A DNA stretch of 64,000 nt from Alphaproteobacteria bacterium (GTDB lineage: Bacteria > Pseudomonadota > Alphaproteobacteria > GCA-2731375). Of this stretch, positions 38,280-47,798 are shown piece by piece. The position numbers and the translations under genes were made by a program. How positions within the stretch are numbered: position 1 is the first letter of the stretch; each line of letters starts with the position of its first letter. The notes under the pieces are model-generated. The model saw only the letters and a program-made list of their open reading frames with translations, was not told the DNA's origin and ran no database searches. The stretch is from NCBI GenBank assembly GCA_965232515.1, contig CBDDPY010000002.1, positions 1,984,001 through 2,048,000 on the forward strand, written 5' to 3'.

Positions 38280-38834
38280 ATGACGCACGCGCTGATCATT
38301 ATCGACATGCAACTCGGTTCGTTCGGACCCGAAACGCCGCGCCATGACGCCGACGGCGTGGTGCAACGTCTGAACGACCTGGCCAAGCGAACGCGCGCCC
38401 AAGACGGCGCGGTCGTTTACGTGCAACACGATGGCCCGCCCGGCGATCCGCACGCGCCGGACGCACCCGGCTGGCAGGTGCTGCCGGCACTCGACCGCCG
38501 CGACGCCGACCTGTCCGTGCGCAAAACCACCAACGATTCGTTCCACGACACCGATCTCGAGGCCCTGCTGCGCGCGCGTGGCATCTCACGGCTGGTGCTG
38601 ACCGGCTGCGCCACCGACTTCTGCGTCGATTCCACGATCCGCGCGGCCGTCAGCCGGCGCTTCGAGATCTGCGTGCCGGCCGACGGCCACACCACCGCCG
38701 ACCGGCCGCACCTGACGGCCGCGCAGATCATCCGGCACCACAATTATGTCTGGGCCGATCTGTTCACGCCCACCAAGCCGGTGCGGGTCGCGCCCACCAC
38801 CGACCTGCTGGCGGCGGGCCTGTTCGGCAAATAG
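38280..38834 (+). CDS. Isochorismatase/cysteine hydrolase family
   Basis: LIIIDMQ, KTTNDSF, GCATDFCVDST. Confidence 0.9.
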   Translation: MTHALIIIDMQLGSFGPETPRHDADGVVQRLNDLAKRTRAQDGAVVYVQHDGPPGDPHAPDAPGWQVLPALDRRDADLSVRKTTNDSFHDTDLEALLRARGISRLVLTGCATDFCVDSTIRAAVSRRFEICVPADGHTTADRPHLTAAQIIRHHNYVWADLFTPTKPVRVAPTTDLLAAGLFGK

Positions 38835-38936
38835 GACGTCAGACCTTGCCGCGCCCATCCCTGCCGGTTTAGAAGCCGGAATGGATTCCAGCGCCGGAGC
38901 CGGCGACTGGATGTCGTAGCGTTCCGAGGGGGTCGA

Positions 38937-39926
38937 ATGGATCAATTGCTGGCCTTGGCGGCGACGAACCTGCTGTCGCCGATGGTGCTGTTCTTCGTGC
39001 TCGGCTTCGCCGCCGCCATGGCGCGGTCCGAGCTGTCGATACCCGAAGCCGTCGCCAAGGGCATGTCGATTTACCTGCTGCTCGCCATCGGCTTCAAGGG
39101 CGGGGCCGGCGTCGCCGCGCACGGCCTCGATGCCCGCGTCGCTATGACGCTGATCGCCGGCGGCCTGCTGTCGGCCCTGATCCCGCTCGTCGCCTTCGCC
39201 ATCCTGCGCGTGGTGTCGTCGCTGTCGCGCACCGACGCGGCGGCGGTGGCGGCGCATTACGGCTCGATCTCGATCGTCACCTTCGTCGCCGCGACCACCA
39301 TGCTGGACGCCGCCGGCATTGCCTACGAGGGCTACATGGTCGCCGTCGCCGCGGTGATGGAGGCGCCGGCGATCTTCACCGCGCTGCTGCTGGCCCGGCA
39401 CGGCAACGCTCATGTGGACCAGGGCAACGGCTCGCTCTTGCGCGAGATCCTGTTGAACGGCTCGATCGTGCTGCTGGTCGGCGCCTTCGTGATCGGCTGG
39501 ATCACCGGCCCCGACGGCCTGGCCCAGATCGAGAGCTTCGTCGTCTCGCCGTTCAAGGGCGTGCTCTGCCTGTTCCTGCTCGACATGGGCCTGCTGGCCG
39601 GTCGCGGCATGCGCCAGAGCGCGCGCCAGCTCGCCCTGCCCGTGATCCTGTTCGGCCTCGGCATGCCGCTCATCGGCGCGTCCTTCGGCCTGGCGGCGGC
39701 GCTGGCGATCGGCCTGTCGGTGGGCGGCGCCGCGGTGCTGGCGACGCTCGCCGCGTCCGCGTCCTATATTGCCGTGCCGGCCGCCATGCGCGTCGCCCTG
39801 CCCGAGGCGAACCCGTCGATTTATCTCACGCTGTCGCTCGGCGTGACGTTTCCCTTCAATCTGATGCTCGGCATCTCGATCTATCTCCTGGGCGCCGAGC
39901 TGCTGGTCGCGAGCGGAGGCGGTTAA
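38937..39926 (+). CDS. sbtA: Sodium-dependent bicarbonate transporter family permease
   Basis: IGFKGG, HYGSISIVTF, MEAPA, FLLDMG, SASYIAVPAA, TFPFN. Confidence 0.92.
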   Translation: MDQLLALAATNLLSPMVLFFVLGFAAAMARSELSIPEAVAKGMSIYLLLAIGFKGGAGVAAHGLDARVAMTLIAGGLLSALIPLVAFAILRVVSSLSRTDAAAVAAHYGSISIVTFVAATTMLDAAGIAYEGYMVAVAAVMEAPAIFTALLLARHGNAHVDQGNGSLLREILLNGSIVLLVGAFVIGWITGPDGLAQIESFVVSPFKGVLCLFLLDMGLLAGRGMRQSARQLALPVILFGLGMPLIGASFGLAAALAIGLSVGGAAVLATLAASASYIAVPAAMRVALPEANPSIYLTLSLGVTFPFNLMLGISIYLLGAELLVASGGG

Positions 39927-40237
39927 TGAAAACATACGATGCGAAACGTATCGAGATCGTCATCGAGGCGCCGTTGCTGGCGCGTCTGACCGACGCCCTC
40001 GATCGCGCCGGCGTCACCGGCTACACCGTGCTGCCAGTGCTCGCCGGCTCGGGCAAGTCCGGCCCCTGGACCCGCGAGGGCCAGGTCAGTGCCGCCGGTG
40101 GCATGGCCGCCGTGGTCTGCATCGTCGCGCCCGACCGCGCCGATTCCCTGCTCACCGCCGCCTTCGCCGTGGTCGAGCGTCATATCGGCATCGTCTCGGT
40201 GACGGACTGCCAGGTCGTCCGGCCCGAGCGCTTCTGA
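39926..40237 (+). CDS. sbtB: PII-like SbtB protein
   Basis: KRIEIVIE, GVTGYTV, G.G, VVRPERF; TAATG-coupled to sbtA. Confidence 0.88.
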   Translation: MKTYDAKRIEIVIEAPLLARLTDALDRAGVTGYTVLPVLAGSGKSGPWTREGQVSAAGGMAAVVCIVAPDRADSLLTAAFAVVERHIGIVSVTDCQVVRPERF

Positions 40238-40274
40238 GCGGACGCTCATCGAGCGTCTATTTGGCTCGTGCAGG

Positions 40275-40346
40275 ACCGGCCCGCTCCCCCACCCAGCCAC
40301 CCAACGAGAGTATCCTATGGGTGGCCGGGTGGGGGAGCGGGCCGGT
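40275..40346. repeat. Long palindromic repeat element, copy 1
   Basis: ACCGGCCCGCTCCCCCACCC..CCACCCA-loop-TGGGTGG..GGGTGGGGGAGCGGGCCGGT. Confidence 0.8.
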
Positions 40347-40373
40347 GCAGACTCCGCGCGAGCGGGCAACAAA

Positions 40374-40778
40374 CTATTCAGCAACGGCGTCGTAGCCGGC
40401 GCCTAAAAACTGAATCAAGCAGAAGCCGTGCCCGAACGGGTCGGCGAAGCCGGCAAGACGGCCCCACTCATGCCGGCCGACCGCACCTTCCGGCACCGCG
40501 CCGGCGGCGAGTGCCCGCTCGATCGCGGCGTCGAGATCGTCGACAACGACATCGAAATGCACCGGCGTCCAGTGGCGGTCATAGTCGCGCGCGGCGCCGG
40601 CCGTCGCGGGCGTACCTGCCGCCTTCTCCAGCAGATGGATTTTCGTCGACCCCAGCGCCATCTCGGCGACGCTACCGTCGAACAGATGCCGCACGAAACG
40701 AACGCCGAGACCGACCTCGTAAAACGCGACCGCGCGCTTCAGATCGTCGACATCGATATTGACGATCAAACGCGCCAC
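40374..40778 (-). CDS. VOC/glyoxalase family protein
   Basis: NIDVDDL, RHWTPVHFD, DPFGHGFC. Confidence 0.88.
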   Translation of the reverse strand: MARLIVNIDVDDLKRAVAFYEVGLGVRFVRHLFDGSVAEMALGSTKIHLLEKAAGTPATAGAARDYDRHWTPVHFDVVVDDLDAAIERALAAGAVPEGAVGRHEWGRLAGFADPFGHGFCLIQFLGAGYDAVAE

Positions 40779-40788
40779 GCCGCAGTCC

Positions 40789-40878
40789 CTAGCCCAACCG
40801 CGCGTTGTCGATCGCGGCGGTGATCATGGCCTTGGCCTCGTCGGCATCGCCCCAGCGTTCGATCTTCACCCACTTGCC
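40789..40878 (-). pseudogene. Detached copy of the ppa 3' end
   Basis: Encodes [29 protein letters not shown]; 40802-40878 matches 42458-42534 at 75/77 nt; no start codon in frame. Confidence 0.9.
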
Positions 40879-42534
40879 GGCCCCGACATCCTAAGCCTAA
40901 AACAGACAGCTTTCTTCATCGGCGGGCATCGCCGGGACCGCCGCAGGCCGCGAAAAAATCCGAACGGACGGGCGTGCCCCAACAACCATCTCGACGGCAC
41001 CAATAATATTAGGTGGATGAGCATAGAACCGCGCAACGAAGCGGGACGTAATGCCGCCGAACATTCAGCTTGCCCCGAGCAACTGAGTAATTGGTAATAT
41101 GCCAATAAGCGTTGGGACGTAGCACAGATTACGGGATTCCCTCACGACGGCACATTTCACTCTGGCGATCGAAATTGAAACGGAACACCACGTGTCAGAT
41201 CGTCCAGGCACTGAAATTTATCCAACCTGCTGGAGCGATGGTCAGAAAAGACTCGCATCGGCAATTCTTTCATTGTTGAGCAACAATCTCGGCGCATTTC
41301 CATTTCCGCTCAGCCGTACAGACAATTGGCCCGTTAGATCTCCGTTCTTGTACGGGTTCATGGCGAGCCTAGCCTACATCTGCGTATTTTGCGGTTTTCA
41401 ATACATTATTGGAAAACCCGACCCGGTCCTGCTGCTGTTGTCATTTTGGGGCGGATGTTATCTGGGCTTTGCCGTCGCGATCGCGCGCTTAACGTCGGAA
41501 TCGGTGCAGCGAACGATAACCCGATACGTCATTGCGAATTTGCACGACAGTACCGCCGATGCGATTGCTGACGAGTTCCAAGCACGTTTCAAAAACGGCC
41601 GGATAAATCTGATTTCGTTATGCATCTCGGCTGTCGTCGCATTCGCATCGGCAATTGCCCTGGCGCATGACCTTGGCTTTAAAGAAACCGCTCGTCGTTC
41701 TTTTACATCGCCCGAAATTGTCGAGTTGGTGATTTGGGCGGTGGGATTTTTCTTTCTTTATGTCCTTGCCGCGAGAGCGACAAATGTGGCTCGGTTTTAT
41801 GGTGTTTTTGCTGAACAGTTGAAATCGCAGCCGAATTCGATATTCGCACTCGACCCAGCACATTCAGTTTTGATTGCGGAGATTGCCTCGATCGGTCGGC
41901 GAATCTTGTTTTTTTGGTTTGGCATTGCACTCTCAATTGCGACTCTGATACCGCTCTTTCGTCACCTCACAAGTTTCATTTTGGTCGTCGTGCCAATTAC
42001 GATGTTCTTTTCGATTGCGTTCGGCACCATCGTGTTTCTAACGGCCGAGCATGCCATAAGACGTGTCGTAAGAGATAAGTCATCTTCGACCTTGGCAGAT
42101 TTGGAGGAAGAGATCAGCCGCCTGTTCGATCAACGCGAGATCCTTACCGCAGCCCAATGGGAAGAATTTGCGCTACTGAAACAGATGCACAAAGAACTCT
42201 CCTCCGCGGGTGGATACCGTGGTTACTTGCCCAGCATTCTCAGTCTGATACCGCCGTTGCTTGGACCGGCGGTTGCAGCCGTTGCGCTCTATGTCGAACC
42301 GTCCAGCTAGGCAGGACGGCACCAGCGGCTTGACTTGATGTGCGACGCAAACACCGGCGACGGCGGCCGGCAATTGCGCCCCGCGTTCCGAGTGTTCCGT
42401 CGAACGAGCGCCGACAAACCCGCAATCTGCTGCTGCTGCAGCACTTACAGCGACTTGGCGTTGTCGATCGCGGCGGTGATCATGGCCTTGGCTTCGTCGG
42501 CGTCGCCCCAGCGTTCGATCTTCACCCACTTGCC
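40802..42534. mobile_element. Small lower-GC islet bounded by 77-bp direct repeats of the ppa 3' end
   Basis: Direct repeats plus a visible drop in GC and change in codon usage; no integrase seen. Confidence 0.65.
41192..42310 (+). CDS. Hypothetical multi-pass membrane protein (atypical composition)
   Basis: 372-aa ORF with about 7 hydrophobic segments; many A/T-ending codons. Confidence 0.75.
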   Translation: MSDRPGTEIYPTCWSDGQKRLASAILSLLSNNLGAFPFPLSRTDNWPVRSPFLYGFMASLAYICVFCGFQYIIGKPDPVLLLLSFWGGCYLGFAVAIARLTSESVQRTITRYVIANLHDSTADAIADEFQARFKNGRINLISLCISAVVAFASAIALAHDLGFKETARRSFTSPEIVELVIWAVGFFFLYVLAARATNVARFYGVFAEQLKSQPNSIFALDPAHSVLIAEIASIGRRILFFWFGIALSIATLIPLFRHLTSFILVVVPITMFFSIAFGTIVFLTAEHAIRRVVRDKSSSTLADLEEEISRLFDQREILTAAQWEEFALLKQMHKELSSAGGYRGYLPSILSLIPPLLGPAVAAVALYVEPSS

Positions 42535-42975
42535 CGGTTCCAGGTCCTTATAGTGGCTGAAGAAGTGCTCGATCTGCTGAATGGTGATCTCCGGCAGGTC
42601 GCGATAGCTGGCGATTTTCTCGTAGCGCCGCGTCAGGTGCGTCGACGGCACCGCCACCACCTTTTCGTCGGCGCCGGCTTCGTCCGACATGATCAGCACG
42701 CCGATCGGCCGGCAGTTGATCACGCAGCCCGGCAGCAGCGCCCGCGTCGTCGCGCACAGCACGTCGACCGGGTCGCCGTCGTCCGACAGCGTGTGCGGCA
42801 CGAAGCCGTAATTGCCGGGATAGCGCATGGGCGTATAGAGGAAACGGTCGACCACCATGGCGCCGGCCGCCTTGTCCATCTCGTACTTGATCGGCTCGCC
42901 GCCGATCGGCACCTCGATGACGACATTCACGTCGTCCGGCGGATGACGACCGATCTTCACGGCATCGAGAATCAT
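42445..42975 (-). CDS. ppa: Inorganic pyrophosphatase, family I
   Basis: [32 protein letters not shown]; GGAGG RBS. Confidence 0.96.
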   Translation of the reverse strand: MILDAVKIGRHPPDDVNVVIEVPIGGEPIKYEMDKAAGAMVVDRFLYTPMRYPGNYGFVPHTLSDDGDPVDVLCATTRALLPGCVINCRPIGVLIMSDEAGADEKVVAVPSTHLTRRYEKIASYRDLPEITIQQIEHFFSHYKDLEPGKWVKIERWGDADEAKAMITAAIDNAKSL

Positions 42976-43023
42976 GATTTGCCTCCGTTGTCGGCGCCAT
43001 GTGATGTCGGCCAAGAGGCCGAC

Positions 43024-43108
43024 GCTTGACCCATCCCGCTCCCCCACCCGACCACCCACGGAAGTATGCTCAATGGGTGGTCGGGTGGGGGAGCGGGATG
43101 GGTCAAGC
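43024..43108. repeat. Long palindromic repeat element, copy 2
   Basis: Perfect 35-bp arms GCTTGACCCATCCCGCTCCCCCACCCGACCACCCA; same core as 40275-40346. Confidence 0.8.
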
Positions 43109-43124
43109 TCATCGCATATTGGCG

Positions 43125-43736
43125 CTACCCGACGGCAGCGGCCGCGTCGCGGGCCAGCGCGCGCTGGTACGCCGGCCGTTCGAGACAGCGCGCCAAATAC
43201 GCCTCCAGCACGTCGCTCTCCGGCAGCGCGTTTACGAATTTCATGAAGTTCAGCGACGAGCCGACCAGCACGTCGGCGGCCGAGAACGGCTCGCCCAGCA
43301 GCCAGGGCCCCTGGGCCAGGCCGGCCTTCAGCACGTCCATCACGGCGTCGTAGTCGCCCCAGCCGTTCTGAATCCGGTTGGTCTCCCAGCCGCCGAACTT
43401 CTCCACCAGCGCCGGCTCCAGCATGCCCGGCGTGAACACCATCCAATAGAGGTAGCGGGCGCGCAGGGGATCGCCGATCGGCGGCGCCAGGCCGGCCTCG
43501 GGAAAGCGGTCGGCGAGATAGAGGCTGATCGCGGCCGAGTCGCAGAGATTGACGTCGCCGTCGCTCAACGCCGGCACCTTGCCCATCGGACTGGCGATGC
43601 GGAACATCGGATGGGCCTTGGACTTCTCGTCCCGGAAGTCGATCTCGACGACCTCGAAGTCGGCGCCGATCTCTTCCAGCAGCCACAACGCGCGCCCGGC
43701 CCGCGAGCTCGCGCTCCAATAAAGTTTTATCGACAT
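43125..43736 (-). CDS. Glutathione S-transferase family protein
   Basis: WLLEE, PMGKVP, DSAAI, FSAAD. Confidence 0.9.
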   Translation of the reverse strand: MSIKLYWSASSRAGRALWLLEEIGADFEVVEIDFRDEKSKAHPMFRIASPMGKVPALSDGDVNLCDSAAISLYLADRFPEAGLAPPIGDPLRARYLYWMVFTPGMLEPALVEKFGGWETNRIQNGWGDYDAVMDVLKAGLAQGPWLLGEPFSAADVLVGSSLNFMKFVNALPESDVLEAYLARCLERPAYQRALARDAAAAVG

Positions 43737-43812
43737 GTCGCCTCCAGGTGTTGCGCGTGCAACCTATCAGCCCCAGCCTTGCGTCTCCACTGTCCGCGAA
43801 ATGACAAACGCC

Positions 43813-44601
43813 TCAGCCGGCGCGCGCCGCGTCCAGCCGGCTGAAATAAGCGCTCGGCGGCACGCCCAGCGATTTCCGGAACATGGTCGTGAAGCTGCTG
43901 GGCGTGCGGTAGCCCAGATCGATGGCGACCGTCGTCACGGGATCGCCCGCGGCCAGCCGTTCCAGCGCCTTGATCAGGCGAAGCTGCTGACGCCAGGCGC
44001 CGAACGACATGCCGGTATCGGCGATGAACCGGCGCGACAGCGTGCGTTCGCTGGTGTTGACGGCTTGGGCCCAGCCGCGCAACGGCCGGTTCGCGGCCGG
44101 GTCCGCGCGCAGCCCGTCCATCACACGGCGCACGCGGCTGTCGCGGCCTTCCGGCAGTTGCAACGGGCTCGACGGCACCGCCACAAGCTGATCCAGCAGC
44201 ACCCGCATCAACCGCGCTTCCGGTCCGTCCGGCGGATAGTCCCAGGGCAGGCGCACCGCCGCGTCGATCAGCTCTCGGGCCAGCGGTCCGATCTGCACGA
44301 TGGTCGGGCGTGACGGCAGCGCGGCGCAAAATTCCGGCGCCACGAAGATGCCGCGAAAGGCGACCTCGCGCGGGTACCGCGCCGCGTGCGACGTTTCCGG
44401 CGGCACCCAGACCGCGCCCTGCGACGGCGCGACGAACAACGCCGTCTCCGTCAGCACGGACACGCAGCCGCGCTGCGTATGGATCAGCTGCCCGCGCCGA
44501 TGACTGTGCCAACCCAGACTGCGCGGCCCCGGATCGTCCCAGTACTGGCCGACGACAGGCGTCGCGGCACGATCCGCCGGGTGATCTGCCAGGTCCAACA
44601 T
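43813..44601 (-). CDS. AraC family regulator with cupin domain
   Basis: HSHRRGQL, SERTLSRRF, LGY.TPSSF..MFR. Confidence 0.9.
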   Translation of the reverse strand: MLDLADHPADRAATPVVGQYWDDPGPRSLGWHSHRRGQLIHTQRGCVSVLTETALFVAPSQGAVWVPPETSHAARYPREVAFRGIFVAPEFCAALPSRPTIVQIGPLARELIDAAVRLPWDYPPDGPEARLMRVLLDQLVAVPSSPLQLPEGRDSRVRRVMDGLRADPAANRPLRGWAQAVNTSERTLSRRFIADTGMSFGAWRQQLRLIKALERLAAGDPVTTVAIDLGYRTPSSFTTMFRKSLGVPPSAYFSRLDAARAG

Positions 44602-44733
44602 GGCCGACCGTCGCAAAACATTGACCGAAATTCGAAAGGCAGATGGGAACTGCCTGCCCAATTACAAGCGCAACGCGCGTTGCGAAGGCGCCTCCGCGGC
44701 GCGCCGACGCGGTCGATGGGAGGGGTTTGGGAC

Positions 44734-45117
44734 ATGGCATCGCTCACGGCGCTGCGCGCGGTCGTCGTATCGATCACGGCGGCAGTTGCCATGCCTGCCG
44801 CCGCGCAATCCGGCGATGCGGCCGCCGGCGAGCGCGCGTTCCGGCAGTGTGCCGCCTGCCATTCCGTTGACCCGGGCCAGAACCGCGCCGGCCCGCATTT
44901 GCATGGGATCGTCGGCCGGCAGGCCGGTGCGGTCGAGCGCTTCCGCTATTCGCGCGCCATGCGCGAGGCCGACATCGTCTGGGACGACGCCGCGCTGGCG
45001 GCTTATCTGACCGACCCGCGCGGCTACCTGCCCGGCACCTCGAAGACCTTCCGGCTGCGCCGCGCGGAGCAGGTGCCGGACCTTCTCGCTTACCTGAACA
45101 CATTGCGCGACGAATGA
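44734..45117 (+). CDS. Class I (c2-like) cytochrome c
   Basis: Signal peptide, GDAAAGE, CAACH, GPHL, YS.AM, PGT. Confidence 0.9.
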   Translation: MASLTALRAVVVSITAAVAMPAAAQSGDAAAGERAFRQCAACHSVDPGQNRAGPHLHGIVGRQAGAVERFRYSRAMREADIVWDDAALAAYLTDPRGYLPGTSKTFRLRRAEQVPDLLAYLNTLRDE

Positions 45118-45142
45118 GGCGCGCGAGCGGCAGGAGACCGTC

Positions 45143-45595
45143 ATGACCGATCTCATCGTCAACGGCATGCCCGCGTCCACGGACGCCGACCCCGACACGG
45201 CCCTGCTCTGGGTGCTGCGCGAGCATCTCGGCCTGACCGGCACTAAATACGGCTGCGGCGCCGGCATGTGCGGCGCCTGCACGGTGCATGTCGACGGCGA
45301 GCCGACCTATGCCTGTCTCACCGCGGTCGGCGACGTGGCCGGCCGCGAGGTCATCACGATCGAGGGCCTGACGGCCGGCGGCGGCCATCCGCTCGAGCGC
45401 GCCTGGATCGCCGGCCAGGTGCCGCAATGCGGCTACTGCCAGTCCGGACAGATCATGCGGGCGGCGGCGCTGCTAGCCGAAAACCCGTCGCCCAGCCGGG
45501 ACGAGATCCGCGACTATATGAGCGCGAACCTGTGTCGCTGCGGCACCTACAACCGCATCGTGCGCGCGGTCGTGCGCGCCGCTCGGGAGGTTTGA
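45143..45595 (+). CDS. 2x[2Fe-2S] subunit of a xanthine-oxidase-family enzyme (IorA-like)
   Basis: [23 protein letters not shown]. Confidence 0.93.
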   Translation: MTDLIVNGMPASTDADPDTALLWVLREHLGLTGTKYGCGAGMCGACTVHVDGEPTYACLTAVGDVAGREVITIEGLTAGGGHPLERAWIAGQVPQCGYCQSGQIMRAAALLAENPSPSRDEIRDYMSANLCRCGTYNRIVRAVVRAAREV

Positions 45596-45596
45596 G

Positions 45597-47798
45597 ATGC
45601 GACGGAACCGCGCGTCTGCGGCACCCTCCCGCCGCCAGTTCCTGGCCGGCGCCGGCGCGCTGACCTTCCTGATTGGCAGCGACGGCTTGATCGGCGTCGC
45701 CCGGTCGGCGAAGGACGACCCGGTCTTGCGGCCCAACGCCTGGCTCCGCATCGCCGCCGACAACACCATCACCATCGTCTTTCCCTCGACCGAGATGGGT
45801 CAGGGCAGTTCGACGGCGCTGCCGCTGATCCTGGCCGAGGAGCTTCACGCCGACTGGAGCCGGGTTCGCATCGAGCAACTCCACCGCGACGACCGCACCT
45901 TCGGCAATCCGATGTTCGGCGGCGCGCTCTATACCGCCGGCAGCACGGGCGTGTATGGCTATTTCGGCACGCTGCGCAAGTCAGGCGCCCAGGCCCGCCA
46001 GATGCTGAAGCAGCTCGCGGCGACCCACTGGTCCGTCGACATCCGCAGCGTCACCGCCGTGAAGAGCAGCGTCGTTCACCCGGTCTCGCGCCGCCGCCTC
46101 AGCTTCGGTCAGATCGCCGGCCTGCCGCTCGACCCGCCGGCCATTCCTGAGATCACAACGCGCGATCTGACGCCGCGCCACGCCTATCGCTTTATCGGCC
46201 GCGACGTGCGCCGCCGCGACGTGCCGGCGAAAAGCGACGGCAGCGAACGCTACGCCATCGACGTCCGGGTCCCGGGCATGGTCTACGCGGCGGTGCGGCG
46301 GGCGCCGGTCGAGGGCGAAACGCCGCTCGATATCGACGACGCCGAGGCACGCGCCCTGCCGGGCGTGTTGCGCACTGTCGTGCTGCCGGACGGCGTCGCC
46401 GTCGTCGCCGAACGGCTGGAGACAGCGCTTGCCGGCCGCGACCGTTTGACCATCGACTGGAGCGCGGGCGCGCCGGCCCGCGCCTTCGACAGCGACACGG
46501 ACCTCACGTCCTATGGCGAGGCCGCCGCCGACCTCGACCGCGCCGGCACGACCTGGCGCGCCGAGGGCGACGCCGGAACCGCGCTCGCCGACGCCGACCG
46601 CGTGCTCACGGCCGACTATCTCTCCGACTATGCCTACCACGCCCAGATGGAGCCGATGGCCGCCGTCGCGTCGGTCGACGCCGACGGCCGCGGCGCCGAG
46701 GTCTGGGCCGGCACGCAGACCCAGACCTGGACCATGCGGACCGTCACCGACGTGCTCGACACCACGCCCGACCGCGTCCGCCTGCACATGATGACCATGG
46801 GCGGCAGCTTCGGGCGGCGCACGGCATTGACCCAGGAATACGTGCGCGACGCGCTGCTGACGTCGAAGGCCGTCGGCCGGCCGGTCAAGGTGGTGTGGAC
46901 GCGCGAGGACGATGCGCGTCACGGCTGGTTTCGCCCCGCCGCGGCCCAGCACCTGCGCGCAGGCCTGACGACGGACGGCCGGCTCACGGGCTGGCATCAC
47001 CGCGTGGCGACGCCGTCGGTCATCGCCTATTTCAATCCGCTGCGCTGGGAGCAGGTCGACCCCAGCGACATCATTTCCATGCGCGGCGCCGAGAATAAGT
47101 TCTACGCCATCGATCATCTGCTGGCCGAGCACGTCATCACCGAACGCCATGCCCGGCTGGCGCCCTGGCGCGCCATCGGCGCCAGCTACACCAGCTTCGC
47201 GGCCGAAGCGTTCTTGGATGAGCTGGCGACCGCCGCCGGCCAGGATCCGATCGCCTTCCGCCGCAACCTGCTCAGGGAAAATCCGCGCGGCCACCGGTTG
47301 CTGGACAAGGTCGCTCGGATGGCCGGATGGCCCGGCCCCGGCAACGGGACCGCCCTGGGCGTCGCCTTCGCCGGCTACGGCGATTCCATGGCCGCCGGCA
47401 TCGCCGAGGTCGCGCTTGACCGCGACAGCGGCCGCATCTCGGTGCCGCGGTTCTGGGCCGCGGTCGACGCCGGCCTGATCGTCTCGCCCGACAATACCGA
47501 CGCCCAGGTCGAGGGCGGCATCGTCTATGGCCTCAGCAGCGCGCTGACCGAGCGCATCACCATCGCCGCCGGCGAGGTCGAGCAGAGCAACTTCTACGAC
47601 TACGAGATCATGCGCGCCAACGACGTGCCGGAGATCGAGATCCATATCGAGGTGAGCGACGGGCCGCCGACCGGCGTCGGCGAACTCGGCACGCCGATGA
47701 CGGCGGCGGCCGTCGCCAACGCCTTCCACGCGCTCACCGGCCGCCGCCTGCGCCACATGCCGTTCACGCCCGATCGCGTGTTAGCGGCGCTCGGCTAA
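45597..47798 (+). CDS. Molybdopterin-binding subunit (IorB-like), Tat signal
   Basis: SRRQFL, EMGQG, HAQMEP, GGSFGRR, QVEGG, GVGE. Confidence 0.92.
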   Translation: MRRNRASAAPSRRQFLAGAGALTFLIGSDGLIGVARSAKDDPVLRPNAWLRIAADNTITIVFPSTEMGQGSSTALPLILAEELHADWSRVRIEQLHRDDRTFGNPMFGGALYTAGSTGVYGYFGTLRKSGAQARQMLKQLAATHWSVDIRSVTAVKSSVVHPVSRRRLSFGQIAGLPLDPPAIPEITTRDLTPRHAYRFIGRDVRRRDVPAKSDGSERYAIDVRVPGMVYAAVRRAPVEGETPLDIDDAEARALPGVLRTVVLPDGVAVVAERLETALAGRDRLTIDWSAGAPARAFDSDTDLTSYGEAAADLDRAGTTWRAEGDAGTALADADRVLTADYLSDYAYHAQMEPMAAVASVDADGRGAEVWAGTQTQTWTMRTVTDVLDTTPDRVRLHMMTMGGSFGRRTALTQEYVRDALLTSKAVGRPVKVVWTREDDARHGWFRPAAAQHLRAGLTTDGRLTGWHHRVATPSVIAYFNPLRWEQVDPSDIISMRGAENKFYAIDHLLAEHVITERHARLAPWRAIGASYTSFAAEAFLDELATAAGQDPIAFRRNLLRENPRGHRLLDKVARMAGWPGPGNGTALGVAFAGYGDSMAAGIAEVALDRDSGRISVPRFWAAVDAGLIVSPDNTDAQVEGGIVYGLSSALTERITIAAGEVEQSNFYDYEIMRANDVPEIEIHIEVSDGPPTGVGELGTPMTAAAVANAFHALTGRRLRHMPFTPDRVLAALG

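Noticed and set aside
40866-41105. Short ORFs in the islet's left part as an integrase remnant
   Set aside because: No recombinase motifs or convincing RBS or codon bias visible
40275-43108. Possible CRISPR or integron attC array from repeated palindromes
   Set aside because: Only two copies 2.7 kb apart, no regular spacers, no cas or intI, no GTTRRRY core pattern seen
42445-43719. 424-aa extended ppa
   Set aside because: Read-through frame over the GST gene and the palindrome; ppa starts at 42975 with GGAGG
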